In this document: positions 27,021 to 40,200 of the stretch, one piece after another
Layout of the letters: each line of letters starts with the position of its first letter
Position numbering within the stretch: position 1 is the first letter of the stretch
Source of the DNA: Cercozoa sp. M6MM
Lineage: Eukaryota; Protista; Endomyxa: Ascetosporea
Length of the DNA stretch: 64,000 bases
NCBI GenBank assembly: GCA_040357565.1
Contig: JBDODJ010000021.1
Strand: one strand, 5' to 3'
Made by a program: the position numbers and the translations under genes
The notes under the pieces: model-generated
What the model saw: the letters and a program-made list of their open reading frames with translations, nothing else
Told to the model about the DNA's origin: nothing
Database searches by the model: none

Positions 27021-27606
27021 ATGTGGTAGATCATTTTCCCACAATGTTGGGCGTTGTCTATTTGCGTGTGGCATGTGCAGGGCCGCGAGACTAACGCGGC
27101 AATTGCGTCCCAGCGCGTTCGCGGGCTCAATGATGTCGATGCCGTCGATGTCGGTGCCGCAGATGCGATTCCGATCGCTCAAGTACTCAGTGAAAAAGGG
27201 CAAGCCGCGCAAGAAGGGTACCCCTCGCTGCTTTGTCGCTTTGCTTCGTATTTTATGATTTTCGTCTGGGCCTGCAGGCATCACGTCGAACGCGCCGGAT
27301 TTCTACGGCGCGCCCTTCCGAAAGGGCACGGTGCTCAAGGTGACGGTCATGTCGCCCAAGAAGCCGAACTCGGGTAACCGCAAGGTGTGCCGTGTGCGTC
27401 TCAACTACAAGCAAGCCGAGGTGTGGGCCTACATTCCTGGCCAAGGACATAACCTCCAGCAACACAGCATCGTGCTGCTGCGTGGTAACGGTCCCGCTGA
27501 TGTGCCCGGTGTGCGTTACTCGGTCGTGCGTGGCGCCTACGACTGCGCCGGTGTCAAGGGCCGCAAGACCAAGCGATCCAAGTACGGTACCCCCAAGGGC
27601 GGCTAA
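27021..27606 (+). CDS. MRPS12: Nuclear-encoded mitochondrial ribosomal protein uS12m
   Basis: Bacterial-type S12 motifs [50 protein letters not shown]; Arg/Ser/Ala-rich presequence [15 protein letters not shown]; two introns, 5-nt first coding exon. Confidence 0.93.
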
Positions 27607-28014
27607 CTGAACACTCGGTCTTCAACTAGTTAAGTTAGCTCTCACTTGACGTCTGGTCATCTGCTGGGTAGTAGACCCGGATTGGCGGGGCGGCTCAATG
27701 GCGCACAATTGAAGACATACTGGCCAGCCCTGCGAACCTAGCAACACTCAACAGAATGCACCAAGGCACCAAGATCTCCTGGGACGAGGAACTGTCGAAG
27801 GACAACCAGCCTCCCAGCAGGCACTGGACCGAGAGGTCCACATAGACTAGGCCACCACTCATAGCAGTGGTGGCCCTAAGTCTATGTCCGTTTGTGTTTT
27901 TGTTTTTATCGAGTGGAGAGACGGGAGGACGACGACGGGACGACCCGACGCCGCCTGTGACGCCTCTCTACTTGTAGCCCGCTACCTGCACCAACCATGA
28001 AGTCGACTTCGGTG

Positions 28015-28235
28015 TTAGTTAGTTGAGTCTTTTAGGAAACCAACTATGTAGTTCCCCTGCACCAGTCTGGGGTGGGTCACAAGAGCATGGCCGTGTCTAC
28101 CGCCCGCTTAGGGTAGGACCATACAACTCCCCTTTTGACGTTCCCCAGACACCGAAGTCGACGCACCAACCATGAAGTCGACGGACTGGTGCAGGGGAAC
28201 TCCATACTTGGTCCCAGAAGACTCAACTAACTAAC
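28015..28235. mobile_element. Inverted pair of a short repeat family with (AACT)n ends (MITE- or SINE-like)
   Basis: 28015-28072 is the imperfect reverse complement of 28143-28235; the left arm recurs at 56445-56537. Confidence 0.7.
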
Positions 28236-28452
28236 TGGCGGGGCGGTTGTGAAAATCCAACCGTTATGCGGTACTCAGTTTCCTTGACGGACCTAATATT
28301 TGCTCTTGGGTGTCTGGTATGTTTAGGTAGATACTGTAAATTTACTCTCCTGGGAGTATCGTTTTTAACTATTTTGACGAGAGGGATTTCCCCAAACACG
28401 CGCCGCCAATCCGGGACAAATCCAATGCATGGCATGGCAGTCACTCAACGGT

Positions 28453-29594
28453 TCATGGTGACAAGTTGCCTGCTGCATCGGGTCGAGCCAACACGAACTG
28501 CGACGCCGTGAATGTGCCTTCGGTTTACCAGTTCATGTGTGAATTGAATGTAATCGAACTGCCAGGTATCAAACTTACCCATCGAGCCGGCATCAAGCGT
28601 CACTTTGCGTTGTTTGCGCACCTGCAGGCCGGTGCCCTATCGTATACGTGTTGACAAATGTTGGCAACTCATGCTGATAACTGAAACATGCAAAGAGCAC
28701 AGTACCTTAAACAGAGCGTGCACAGTATCGGTATTTCCGCCCCGTCCTGGCATCTCGGGCATGTCGATCAACTCCAAAAACAACGTGCCTACGTATGTCG
28801 CTTAATGTAATAAAAGTTATCTATACAGTAAGTTATTGATGCTAAAAGCAAATCGTGCTGTTATACCTTCCGGCGAAAGCAGGCGCAACAAATGTGCGAC
28901 GTAGTCTGCACGGTACTGTTCTGGCACGGCGTTGAGTGCTCCTCTTCTCAAAATCAGTCAAAGTCCACAAATATAAAAATAAAACGTTGACTGTACCGGT
29001 CATAGATGTAATCGATGGTCTGATCGTCTGTGACTCGTTGTGCCAGCACATCGCCCTGTGTCACGATCAAAGTGGCACCTCCCTGTCCGTTAAACTTATA
29101 TATACATGAGTGTATCTATAAATAGTACACTGAAAGTCAGGATTGTACCTTTTCGAGAGTGATTACCCTCTCAGCACGCTCGTTCGACGACTCGTTTTTC
29201 ACGACGAAACCGTCGTCGGAGAAGCGTTTAATGACGCTGTCGACTCCGAGAGTCGAGTACTCCACCGCATATACTGCGGAATCGGCAACTGCGAGGGTCT
29301 CTAGCGAGTGCGAAGCGCCGCACATGGGCACATAAGCCTTGGCAATCCGGCCGTCCGGCTTCGACCATGTGATCTAAGCAGCTAACTCTCTCACTGCACT
29401 GGAGTTATGGGAGGGGGGTTCGCAGATAGTTTTACGTTCGCATCAGCATCTTCAAAGTCATGCCAGGTGGCGTTGCCATCTAACAACAGCAACCAAACTC
29501 GAGATCCTTTCATTTTTCAATTCAAACCAAACAAATCAACGAACAAGCAACCTTCCCAACACTTGTCCCAACCGCACAGCTCTTCAGAGTCCAT
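28453..29594 (-). CDS. TPMT: Thiopurine S-methyltransferase family SAM-dependent methyltransferase
   Basis: Spliced MDSEELCGWDKCWEDGNATWH...AYVPMCGAS...VYAVEYS...QGDVL...IDYIYDRGALNAVPEQYRADYVAHLLRLLSPEG matches TPMT motifs; barely visible in the ORF track. Confidence 0.82.
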
Positions 29595-29878
29595 TTATGC
29601 GCTCGTTTCACACTTAGTGCGCAGGTGAGGGTTCAAAACCTCAAAGAAGACTCCAGAGACCCAGCAGAGATCACAAAAATTCGGCTCCGGGCCACCTGCA
29701 GTCCGCGGTTTTGTCCGGAAAAACGCCCGTTTTGGAATCAGGCTCACGCTATCACAATTCACTCACGCAATTGGACTCCGGGGGGTGTGCCTATACAAAG
29801 ATAGACGTGGCGGCCGCGCGAGACGTAGCGTGAGACAAACCGAGGAACTCTTTTTTGTGACTGGAGAAAAACCCTGCA

Positions 29879-31244
29879 ATGGCGCTGCTAGTGACGCTTG
29901 AAGATTTGATCAGCGATGAGGTAAGCTTCTTGGAATCATTGTGCGCTTGTTCGCGGCGTATTCAACAGATTGTCGATATGATATTTGTGGCCACACAGAT
30001 GTTGAACATGGATTTGGACGCCGAGATGGATTTCTCCGTTTTCCCGGGTACACAGGTGTCCACGCGTGTCCGCTTTTGTCCTTAAGTTTGTTTGTGTATG
30101 CGTAGAGTGGGCCAAGCGCACTCCTTCCACCGTGGCGAAGCGTCTGGAAGCGCAGCGTGCCTCGCATCTGCAGAAGCTTAACCCGAACATGAAGATCACT
30201 CCGCGTGCCAACTTGAATTCGGTACGTTGGCTTTCTCTTGTTGTTGTTTTTTGTGTGGTCTGTGCTAACACATGTTAACTTTTTGTGTAGAAGGTGCGTC
30301 CCGCGAACTTTGCTGCCGCTTTGGTAAAACCATTTAATTAATTTTAATCATAATATTTTTATTGATGTTGAATCATTGCCGCAGAGTGCATCAAACTCGG
30401 CCGCCAACTCTGCTGCCAACTCGGCAGTCAACAGCGATAACGAGGAGGAGGACGTTACCCCTGTATTCTTTGTGTTAACAACTAGTCAATCGGTAAAATT
30501 GTATTCTTTTCTGCGCAGAAGAAGCCGATGAAGTTCTCGCAGATGATGAAGAAGCCTGCTGCCGTAAAACAGCGTTTCTTGTGTCTACCAACACTGACTT
30601 TGTTTGTTTTTTACCGAAGCGTACGACGGCCGCGCAGACCAGCGAGCCGCGATCACGCGGTACGCCCAAGAAGGAGCGCAAAGAGCCCGAGCCGGAAGAG
30701 GAGGCTCCGATCACTCCGATCACTCTGCACTTTGTCCACGGCGAAGTCGACGTCAAGATCAAGCTGCCCGACGATTTGTACCAGGGCGGCGCCGACAATT
30801 TTGTCGGCGACTACCAATTCAATGTACCTGTTCTCTTTTCTATTTTTGTATTTGGCGTGCTAACAAGATACCCTTGCAACACCTAGAACGCTGCGGCTCG
30901 TGGCTACTCGTCGGAATGCATCCAGGCCATGGTCGAGCAGATCGCTGAGGCTATCAAGGACCGCAAGCCCGTGATTTTTGTCTCTCAATTTCGGATTTTA
31001 ACCTAAACGACCTTGTTTTGTGTGCAGAGGAAAGTCAGCAAGTCCTCGAAGAAGAAGAATGATCGCAAGGGCGGTGGCTCTCGCTCGCGAACGTAGGCTT
31101 TTTTTTTGCTTGCGACCCCTTATTAATTTAAACGATTTTTTACTTTCTTTGTGTTTGCGCAGTGGAGGTCGTGGCGGCGGCTCGTCGCGCTCGCGTCGTG
31201 GTGGCCGTTCCACTGGCCAGCGTCGTAACGATCGACGGTGGTAG
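29879..31244 (+). CDS. Hypothetical protein with basic RGG-like tail
   Basis: About 10 short GT-AG exons with strong codon bias; ends SGGRGGGSSRSRRGGRSTGQRRNDRRW. Confidence 0.65.
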
Positions 31245-31397
31245 ATGCCATCAAAGCCCCCGTTTCTCTCATATGCCGCCTGCCCGTCTTTAGACTCACA
31301 TGCAAGCACAAACGCTCGTTGGTGCTGGCAGTGTTAATTATCTCGGTCTTTAAGGAACCAACCGCGCAGATTTACCCGGCCAGTTGAGCCACGGATT

Positions 31398-34347
31398 TTA
31401 CTGTTGGCCCGGCTTGAGCACGTCGTCGATGCGGAGGATCATCTTGACGACCTGTGTGGCCAGCAACAACTGCTGCTGCTTGCCGATCAGCGTCTCGAAC
31501 ACGAGCTGCTCCTTCATGTCCTGCGTGCCGGCGCCGACGCAGTCGATGCCAGTCTGTTCAACCCAACAGAAAAGCTCAAAAGGGTCAAAGGTTAGGGTCA
31601 AAAACGTACGCGCGGATTGCCAGTCTTCAACTGCAGCTTGCGCAGCTCGCTGAGTGATTCAATTGGCGACAGACCCGAGTTGTTCGCCAGCGCCTGTGCA
31701 GACTCGAAGGGTAAGGGTAAAAGATAGTGGGGGGGGGGGTAAACTACCATCGGCGTGGCCTCCAGTGCTCTCGCGAACCCGCGCACGGCGTACTGTGATA
31801 GGGGTAAAGGGGCTTAAAGGGGGCTTAAAGGGGTATAACAGTGTAGTGTACTATAACAGTGTACCTGTTCCAAACCGGTCAAAGAATCGGCCGACTCGTC
31901 AATCGCAAGTGCACACGCCACCTACAAACAAAAGATTAGGGGGGGGGGGGTAAGGGGGGGGGGGGGGGGGGCGGGGGTAAACCTCAGCCGAGCCGCCGCC
32001 GTAGACGATGCGATTGTCGCGAATGAGGTTGCGCGCCACGCACATGGCGTCATGCAACGAGCGCTTCGCCTCGGCCACAATCATCTGGTTGCCACCGCGC
32101 ACCAGCTGTCCGGGAGGTGAAAGAATAAAAGCAGATAAGAAGATTGGGGATCAGGCAAGTGTACCACAGTGATGGCCTTGCTGTTGGGCACGTCCTCGAC
32201 GACGATGGAGGAGTCACCTTGTGTGCCCAGATCGATCTGACGCACGCGGCCTGCCGTGCCGAGTTTCGCCTCGTCCAGGTCTTGCGGCCGCGGCACGATG
32301 CGCGCGTTCGTCGCAATGGCGAGTCTGCAGGGTATGCAATCAAAGGGGAGAGGAAATTAAAGGGAGGCAATTAAAGGGGAGGCCATTAAAGGGGAGGGTA
32401 GAAGGTAAGAAGGGTGGGTACAGTTCCATGTCGACACCCGACACCCAGCGTACAGCTGGCAGACCGTTCTGCAACAGCAGGTGGTTCGCCTCGTCATCGA
32501 AACTATGTGCAGACGGGTAAAAAGTGAGGGGTATGGGGGTAAGGGTAAAGGGGTAAGGGCAAAGTGCAAAGTGCAAAGGACAAAGGGCAAAGGGTAAAGA
32601 GGGTGTGTACCCCCACTGGCACAGGACGACGTTGGCGCCACTGTCCTTGCAGCGCTGCACCATGTCGACAAAGTACTGCTGCTCCATCTGGTGCAGCTGC
32701 TCGTACTGCTCCGACGACTCGATGAAGAGACCCGTCTTGGTCTTGGGTCTCGGCGGCTCGAACGCAAAGTTCTGGGGCAAGGAGGTAAGGAGAAAAGCCA
32801 GAGGGGAGGTAAAAGCCTACCAGCAGAGCGATCTTGGCGTTGGCAACTTCGCGCGGCATCTGCGGGTGCGACCACGGCTTGCCGTCCAGCACAATGCCTT
32901 TGACAAGCGTCGTGTCTTCCAAACGGCCACCCACCTTGCCTTCGACCCTGTGTAGACACGCACACATGTCCAGTCAGATAGTACATTTGTACGGAAGCCT
33001 ACTTGATCATGTCAAAGTTGACGTCGCGGCGCTCCTGATCGGCCACGGCCAGAACGGCGTCCACGGCAATTTCGGCCTAGAGTACAAAATATATCAAATG
33101 TACGATACAAATACAAATGTACGTTACAATATGTACGGTATGTCCGGTACAATATGTACAGTACAATATGGACAGGGTACAATATGGACAGGGTACAATA
33201 TGGACAGGGTACCATCTGACGGTGGAAGCGGTTCACGATCTTGCTGGACAGCGTGGTCATGGCTGTCTTGATGAGCATCTCACGCGCCTCCTCCGGCTGC
33301 TCCAGCGACACCGGCACCGTATCGCTCACCTGGACAGGGAGTTACACAGGGGTGAAACAGTGAACGGGGGGGGGGAGGGTAGAGGGTGAACTACCTCAGC
33401 CAAACGGTTGACAGCGACGTCGCACGCCTGCTCGAAACCGTTGGCGATGCGCACCGGGTGGATGCCCTTATCCAACAGCTTGCTGGCCTGTTCATGTGTA
33501 GGTGTACATTTCAGATAGATGGCGTAGACGAGGAGAGTCAAGCCACCTCCTCAAGGAGAGCACCGGCAAGCACGACGACACCAGTGGTACCGTCGCCGAT
33601 CTCGTCGTCCTGCGACTTGGACAGCTCCACCATGAGCTGTGCCACCGGGTGCTCCACGTGCATCTCGTCCACGATCGTGGCACCTACACTTGCTTCTCAT
33701 ACACACAGACACACAGACACCACAGACACAGCAGACACGGGAACTGTACCATCGTTGGTGACAGTGACATCACCGTCGGGCGACACCAGCATCTTGTCCA
33801 GACCACGCGGGCCCAGCGACTACACACGCACACATGAACATGTACATACACACGCAACACGCTGAACAAGAAGCCACCGTGCGCAGAATGTTGGCCACCG
33901 AACGAGCCGCAAAAATGTTCGCCTTAAGCGCCTGATTGACACAGGAGGTATATATACCCTCATCCGCACCAACACGATTGTGGATGAACCCAAGTCTACC
34001 TGCATGCCCGTGAGACGCTCGCGTTTGTGCTGATCGCGCACCACGATGAATGGGTTGCCATTCTCATCCTGCAGAACACCATCGACATAAGCTGAAACTG
34101 AAAACGCACCAAAACACAGCATAAAACGAGAACACAAATGAGGACAAAAAGTGGCAAACAGAAACATTGGCAACAAGTGCAAGGTCGCTGCACAATCGCA
34201 GGTTCCGCACACGTTGCCAGGCCACACACTCAGTTGCACACGTGTTGCAGTCGCCCAGAGCGCTCGGCACGCTTGGAACGAGAAAAGCGAGAAAAAGCCT
34301 ACAAAGATGAGCTGGCCTGGGCCCATGCCGGTCTGCACTGCTGACAT
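31398..34347 (-). CDS. CCT5: T-complex protein 1 subunit epsilon
   Basis: [84 protein letters not shown]. Confidence 0.97.
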
Positions 34348-34510
34348 TGCTGTCGGAATACACTAACGCCGCCTGAGCACTGCAAAAGTCTTTCCTGCGG
34401 TGGGGACACACTGGTTGGGAAATACAGAATTCCCACTTGAGACAAATACGAAAATTGTTTGTCGATAAAATACTTCTAGATTCTTTCCATTCTAGGGCAC
34501 GTTGGCAGGT

Positions 34511-36949
34511 TTAAACAAGCCGACGCGGGGACACTGCGGGCGTGGAGTCGGGCGTGGACGATGCCGGGGGCATATGACGGATTCGCAGGTGCAACATCGG
34601 TTTGTGGTTCAGTTTGACCAATGGCGCTGCGTTCAGTTTCATGCTCGCGTGCGCGTCGCTTTCGCCGTCGGCCAGAGCAACACTTTCGCTGGTGGCGCTG
34701 TCGTTGTCGTTGTCATGCTCGACGTCGCTGTCCACGCTGTTCATGTCTTCGGTATCTTCCTCAGTCGACTGCATGACTGATCACGACAATCAGAATCAAT
34801 CTGTCCCAGTTATGTTACATCTGAGGGTACCATCCGAGCTGCTTGGACCGATTTCAGAACCAGAAGGCAGTGTGCTGCTGTCAGTGTAGCCCTCTTCCGA
34901 GAAGGTGCCGTACTCAGAGTCGGCCTCATTTCCGTACATATGGTCTTCATCGGTGCTCTTGCTGTGAGACGGAAATAAGTATAGTGGACAGTAAGATAGT
35001 GAAGGGAGCAGAGAGTACAGGTGTCGGAAGCACACGAAGCAGAAGCAGCAGGCAAGACAGGAGCATACGCCAGCAAATATGATCCAGAAAATCCAATCGG
35101 CCAGTCCGATGGCGTCCTTTAACTTGTCCTAGTCAATACCAGTGTATGTGAGGATTTTTGAGGGGGGAGGGTCGGATGGTGTACAATCAGTGTGTCGTTT
35201 TTGTGCGGCGCCGGGGAGCCAACTACCGCGGACTGGAGTTGTTTGTCCTGTTCCTCACGCGCATTGGGACAGTCGGCCAGCAGGAGTTTCCAGGTGCCGT
35301 CGGAGCACACGGCGTCGCCCGAGTCGCCGTTGCCCTGCGGCAGTGCCGAGGGACAACTGAAGGCGCACGACGCGTCCGACGGCACTGTGAGTTCCGACAG
35401 ACCGCCTGTGTCCACGCCGACAGCCTCGGACCGGCCCAAAGCACCGCAGTTCATCTGACCTGCCATGGGCGACTCGGCTTGAGTCGTCGTGTTCTCGTAT
35501 TCGGCCGCATCCGCGTGCATCTGCACGGAGCGGCCCAGTAGGTACCTGTCATACACACCGTGATTTCAGAGGACCCTGTGCCCCGGCTCAACACATATGG
35601 ACATGAGGTACCGCTGTACGTCACGTGCAAAGCAATAGCCACGTGCTCGCGGTAGCAACTAAACAAAGGATATGAGGGAAGAAAGGAATGAAAGGGTATC
35701 GAGGAAAGTAAAAGTACCGAAGTCCACGAGAAGCGTCGGAACAAAGAAGCGCTGTCGTGAAACTGCGTTGAGTTTGAATCGCCACTGACTCGGTACAAGG
35801 ACGACTCAGAGTCTGGGGATAACAGGGAGGGTAAAAGGGATAAGAGGGGGGGGGGGGGTAAAAACAGGGTACCACGCACAAGCTGTACGAGCGTGTCCTC
35901 GCACTGCCAGGCCTCTTGCAGCTTGGTCGACGCCAGCAGCGACGGCAGCAGTTTCTACAGCGTACCATCCTTATAGGAGTACAGATCATTAAACGGGTGT
36001 ATCATAAAAGGTGCGATTGTCTTAAACGGGTGTAAATTAAAGGAGTGTACTTTTTTAAAGGGAATTATTTGATGGGGATATAAACATAAGTCACAACATA
36101 ATTAATCCGCAAGTACCGGAGTGAAAGTAATCCGTGCGCCTGCCTTTGCACTGTGCGCAAAAAGAAAAACAATGTGTAAAACAACACAGACACAAAGAGA
36201 CACGAGTACCTGGTCACAGGGTCCCCCAACGGAGACACGCACATCTGTGTCGAGACTACCCAAAAACACACACAAATACATACCTGTGTCCCAAAAACGA
36301 TGTATTGAGAAACGCACTGTCGAAACCGTCGAAACAAGCTCCGATCTTGTCCTCCACTACGCCGACAAGTTAGTTCATTTCAGTCACTTCCCCTCTCCAA
36401 ACAAGGTTGTTCCTAGTACCTGCAAGAGCGAGTGTCGACAGCGTCGATGTTTCCCACTTGCTCTCGCACACTCTGCTTAATTGGGTGAATGGGGGGGGGG
36501 TGAATGGGAAACACGTAAAAAGTATAAGGTAAGGGGGGCAAAAAGCGGGATAAAGAGGAGAGGGGTAAAACAGCGGCACGACTGAAACATCGCGAGACTG
36601 GCAGCTTCGACGGCATCGCCAGCGAACTCGAGTCGCCACTCGCGCGTCTGACAGCGGCCGGCCAAACAGACGCCGCGCTCGCCGTCCGAGGTGCTACAGA
36701 CGGCGCCGTTGCTCCCTTCCAGAGGCAGCACCTCGCACCGCGCCTCCAGGTGCGTACCATTCGACACGTCCGTGCACACTCCGTAGGCACACTCCGTATC
36801 GGCCGGTCCTGCACCCCAATATAACATCCTTATCTTGGTGGCTACAAGTTAAGGATGCGGTTCCTTCAAGTACCTGCACATCGGACCGTGTTGCAGGTCG
36901 CAAAAGCGTGCTCAATCACGCCACTGGCCAGCAAGACGGCTTTCCACAT
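34511..36949 (-). CDS. Cys-rich type-I membrane protein
   Basis: Signal-like MWKAVLLASGVIEHAFA, Cys-rich ectodomain (CAFSCP...CSDGTW), TM segment DWIFWIIFAGVCSCLACCFCFVC, acidic/Ser-rich tail. Confidence 0.65.
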
Positions 36950-37297
36950 TACGGTACCCTTTAATAATAGCCTGACGTGTGCACTGTATAATTAAATATC
37001 CTACCCACGCCAAACCCTCACTGAGGCGTTTCGCCTTAAGCCGACGCGTTTTGCCGTCGTTTTTCGCTCGAGCTCTCGGAGCACTTGTACCCACCACAAA
37101 ATTCAAAAAAACTACTGAGCACTGCCATGATCTAATCAACAAATAAAGCCAAACATCGTTTTTCAGTGCACCGTACACAGTGCTGAAGAAAATAATAGGT
37201 GACGAAGACGGCGAACGGTCAGCGGCTCAATCGAGCCGGAAGATCCAGCAAGAATAGACAACAATTTGGCGCTTAGTTAGAGTGGCGAGTGTGCGGG

Positions 37298-40200
37298 ATG
37301 GCCAGCTGGGGACCCAGCTGCGCCGTCTGCGGTGCCACAAGCTTCAGGCAGGATGAGTGGGGTCAAATGATGTGTGTCGCCTGCGGCGCCATGACACGTG
37401 TCGGCTCGCAGGTGACCGAGGTCGACGCCGGTGTAGCCAGTATGGCTCGCGCCGCGCGTAGCATCGCTCAGAAACCACGCGCATCAATGTACCTGTTATC
37501 CCCCTTTTACCCCCCCCCCCTCTTGTACCCTCCCCGTGTAGGCCGCAGATGCATAGCACGCAGCAGGAGGCGGAAGAAGGCGGCGTCAACGAGGCCGAGT
37601 ACCTCGCCGAGGAGAACAAGTGGAGGTTTTACCCGCCTCCCTTTTTACCCATCTTACCCTCTCCCTACCCTACCTCTTACACCCTTTACCCCCCCCCCCC
37701 CCTCCCGTAGTGACAGTTACTGTCACTGCTCGCACACGCTGCTGACACTGACGGCACTGACGCACATTCTGCACGCTCGAATGTACAAGTTTTATTTTGA
37801 TCGATAACCGATCATGGTGATCGATCACTGATCATTGTAATCGATCAGTTGGTCACTTTGATCGATCGTTTTAAATGCTACAGCAAGCGCGTCGCCCAGG
37901 TGCTGCGACTCGACGACGCCGACACAGCGGCGCTGCACGACACGGCCGGCCGTCTGTGGTGCGTACTGTCCTGTCCGCTCGAACCGCTTCCGCGCGGAAG
38001 ACTCGTCTGCGCGGGAGGTTGTGCTCACCTTGTTTCGTGTGTGCACAGGTTTGGTCAGCTGGCGCGCATGCTGGACGATGGCTGGGCGCGACCACTGCCG
38101 AAAACAGCGTCCGCGCGGAGCGAGGAGAATCGCTACGTCGAGTTGTCACTCGTGGTCGACAGCTGCGGCATTCGACGCGTGCCGCGTCAGGTGTTTTACC
38201 CCTCTTTGCCCCCATCCATTACCACTTGCCCCGTTACCCCTACCTCCTCCCTTCACCTCAGCTGTTTTTTGACTGCGTTTAGATTCCGTTGATCTTCCGC
38301 GCGGACGAGTTGAACCGTTTGAAGCGGCGCGAGCGGCGTCGGAAAGCGCGCGTGCGTCGTGAGTTGCTGCGACGCCGGCGACTCAAGGCCAAGGGTGAAG
38401 GTATATTGTACTTTGGGTGTCCATTTGTACCTGTACTAAGTGTCCATTTGTACTTGCACGATGCTGTCCATTTGTACCGTGTACACAGAAGTGTACTCGT
38501 CGGACGACGAGGACGACCGCGTCGTTGCCGAGGCAGCCATGGGTGGCGACACGGAGGAGGATTTGCCTGCCTCGGGGTACACAGTGTCTGTGCCCACTTT
38601 GTTCGTGTGTTCAGTGTCCAGTGTGCGTCTAGGTGTGTCTACTGTCTAGTGTGTGTCCAGTACCTTTCTGTGTGTGCAGACAAGCTGGTCGCGTGCTCGT
38701 GTATGGCGGCCAGAAACAGACGCCAAAGGCGGCGCAGCTGCGGCAGAAGCGGCGACTGCAGCAGGCTGCGTGGCAGGAGCGCGGTGTGTTTACCCCTTAC
38801 CCCTGCCCCTTTACCCCCTACCCCCTGCCCCTTTACCCCCTACCCCCCAGTGAGGAAGCAGCGCCGGCGCATGGAGCAGCGCAAGCAGGCGAGGCGCGAG
38901 GTCGAGACGGCGGCACACGAGGTGGCTACCTACGGTGGTCGCATCGGCCTGACGACGACACAGGATGCCGAGATTGACCACCTGTTCGGTGCCGTCGTTC
39001 CCGTCAGCGACGGTGACAGTGATTCTGAGCATGACAGCGACGGTATCAACGGCGGTCCCAATGGCGGTCTCAATGATGGTATCAACGGCGGTATCAATGA
39101 CGGTAACACGGCACCGATCATTCGCGGCATTGTGCAAGAAACGCCGGCGCCTGACAGCGTCGGTGAACCGCGGCAGGTCCGCGCGGACGACGAGCGACTG
39201 CAGGAGGTCCTGCAGCACCGGCGACCCAGTGACTTCCCGTCGCACATACGGCAGCAGTCGCGCTGGGTTGTGGTACACCTGGACTGTACACCTGAACTGT
39301 CCATCTGGACTGTACGTACACACACGCATATCTGGACAGGGCGAGCGACAGCAGTGGTGCACGGTGCTGCACGCGCTGATGCTGCAGCGGCACGCCGTGT
39401 GCTCGGCCGAGCTGATCCGCCTGGTGCTGGCCGACGACTACGACCTGCGCAGTGGTGCCAACGAGCAGTCGGACACGCCGTCCCTGTGTGCGCAGGCGAC
39501 GCACCCGTCCTGCGTATTGTCGGACTCCTTGCGAGGTCGTATGCGTCAGCTTGTCGTCACTCCCTACGGTGGCATGCGCGTCACGCTCGCTGATCTTTTG
39601 TATCTTCCCTTCCTTTAACTAGCTTACGCTGTCTATGAGACACTTTCGTGGTGTGCAGTCACACTGGCGGCGTGCACAACCTGCACTGGCGTGTGTTGGC
39701 ACGCGAGATGCATCTGCAGTCGCTCGTTGCGTGTACTCCGAGTGTGTGCGGTCGCTGGCTCCGTCTGCTGCTGCCCGAGTCGTTGCACATGAGTGTGCAC
39801 TTGCTGGAAGAAGTGACGCAGCACGTGCTGCTTGCCATGTCGCGTTGCGATGACATCACATGTCTCGCTGCCTGCACCGTCGCTTTGCAGTTTCACTTTG
39901 GCTTCGACACGTCGCAGCTGCTGTTCGACTCGCAGTCACTCGGCAACTGCGAACGCATCTTGCGTCACTTGCGCTCCATGTTGAGCGAAGGTAGGCTCCC
40001 TTTCGCTTTGCGGCTTTGCTTTTGGTTGGAGTTGAGTTGAGTTGCTTTATGCAGACACGCCAAGGGAAGTGAATCGCACCATGAGCGAGAGTCTGTGTCA
40101 AGCGGTCGGCCGCAAGACCAACAATCTGCGACTCATGCTGCTTCGCCTGTACGAAAGCGGTGTAGCTTCAGAGCAGCAGTCGAATGACGACGAAAACGAC

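Noticed and set aside
28300-28410. Possible third, degenerate copy of the 117-nt element
   Set aside because: Only short word matches (GTCTGGTA, TGTTTAGGTAGA); not colinear enough to support by eye.
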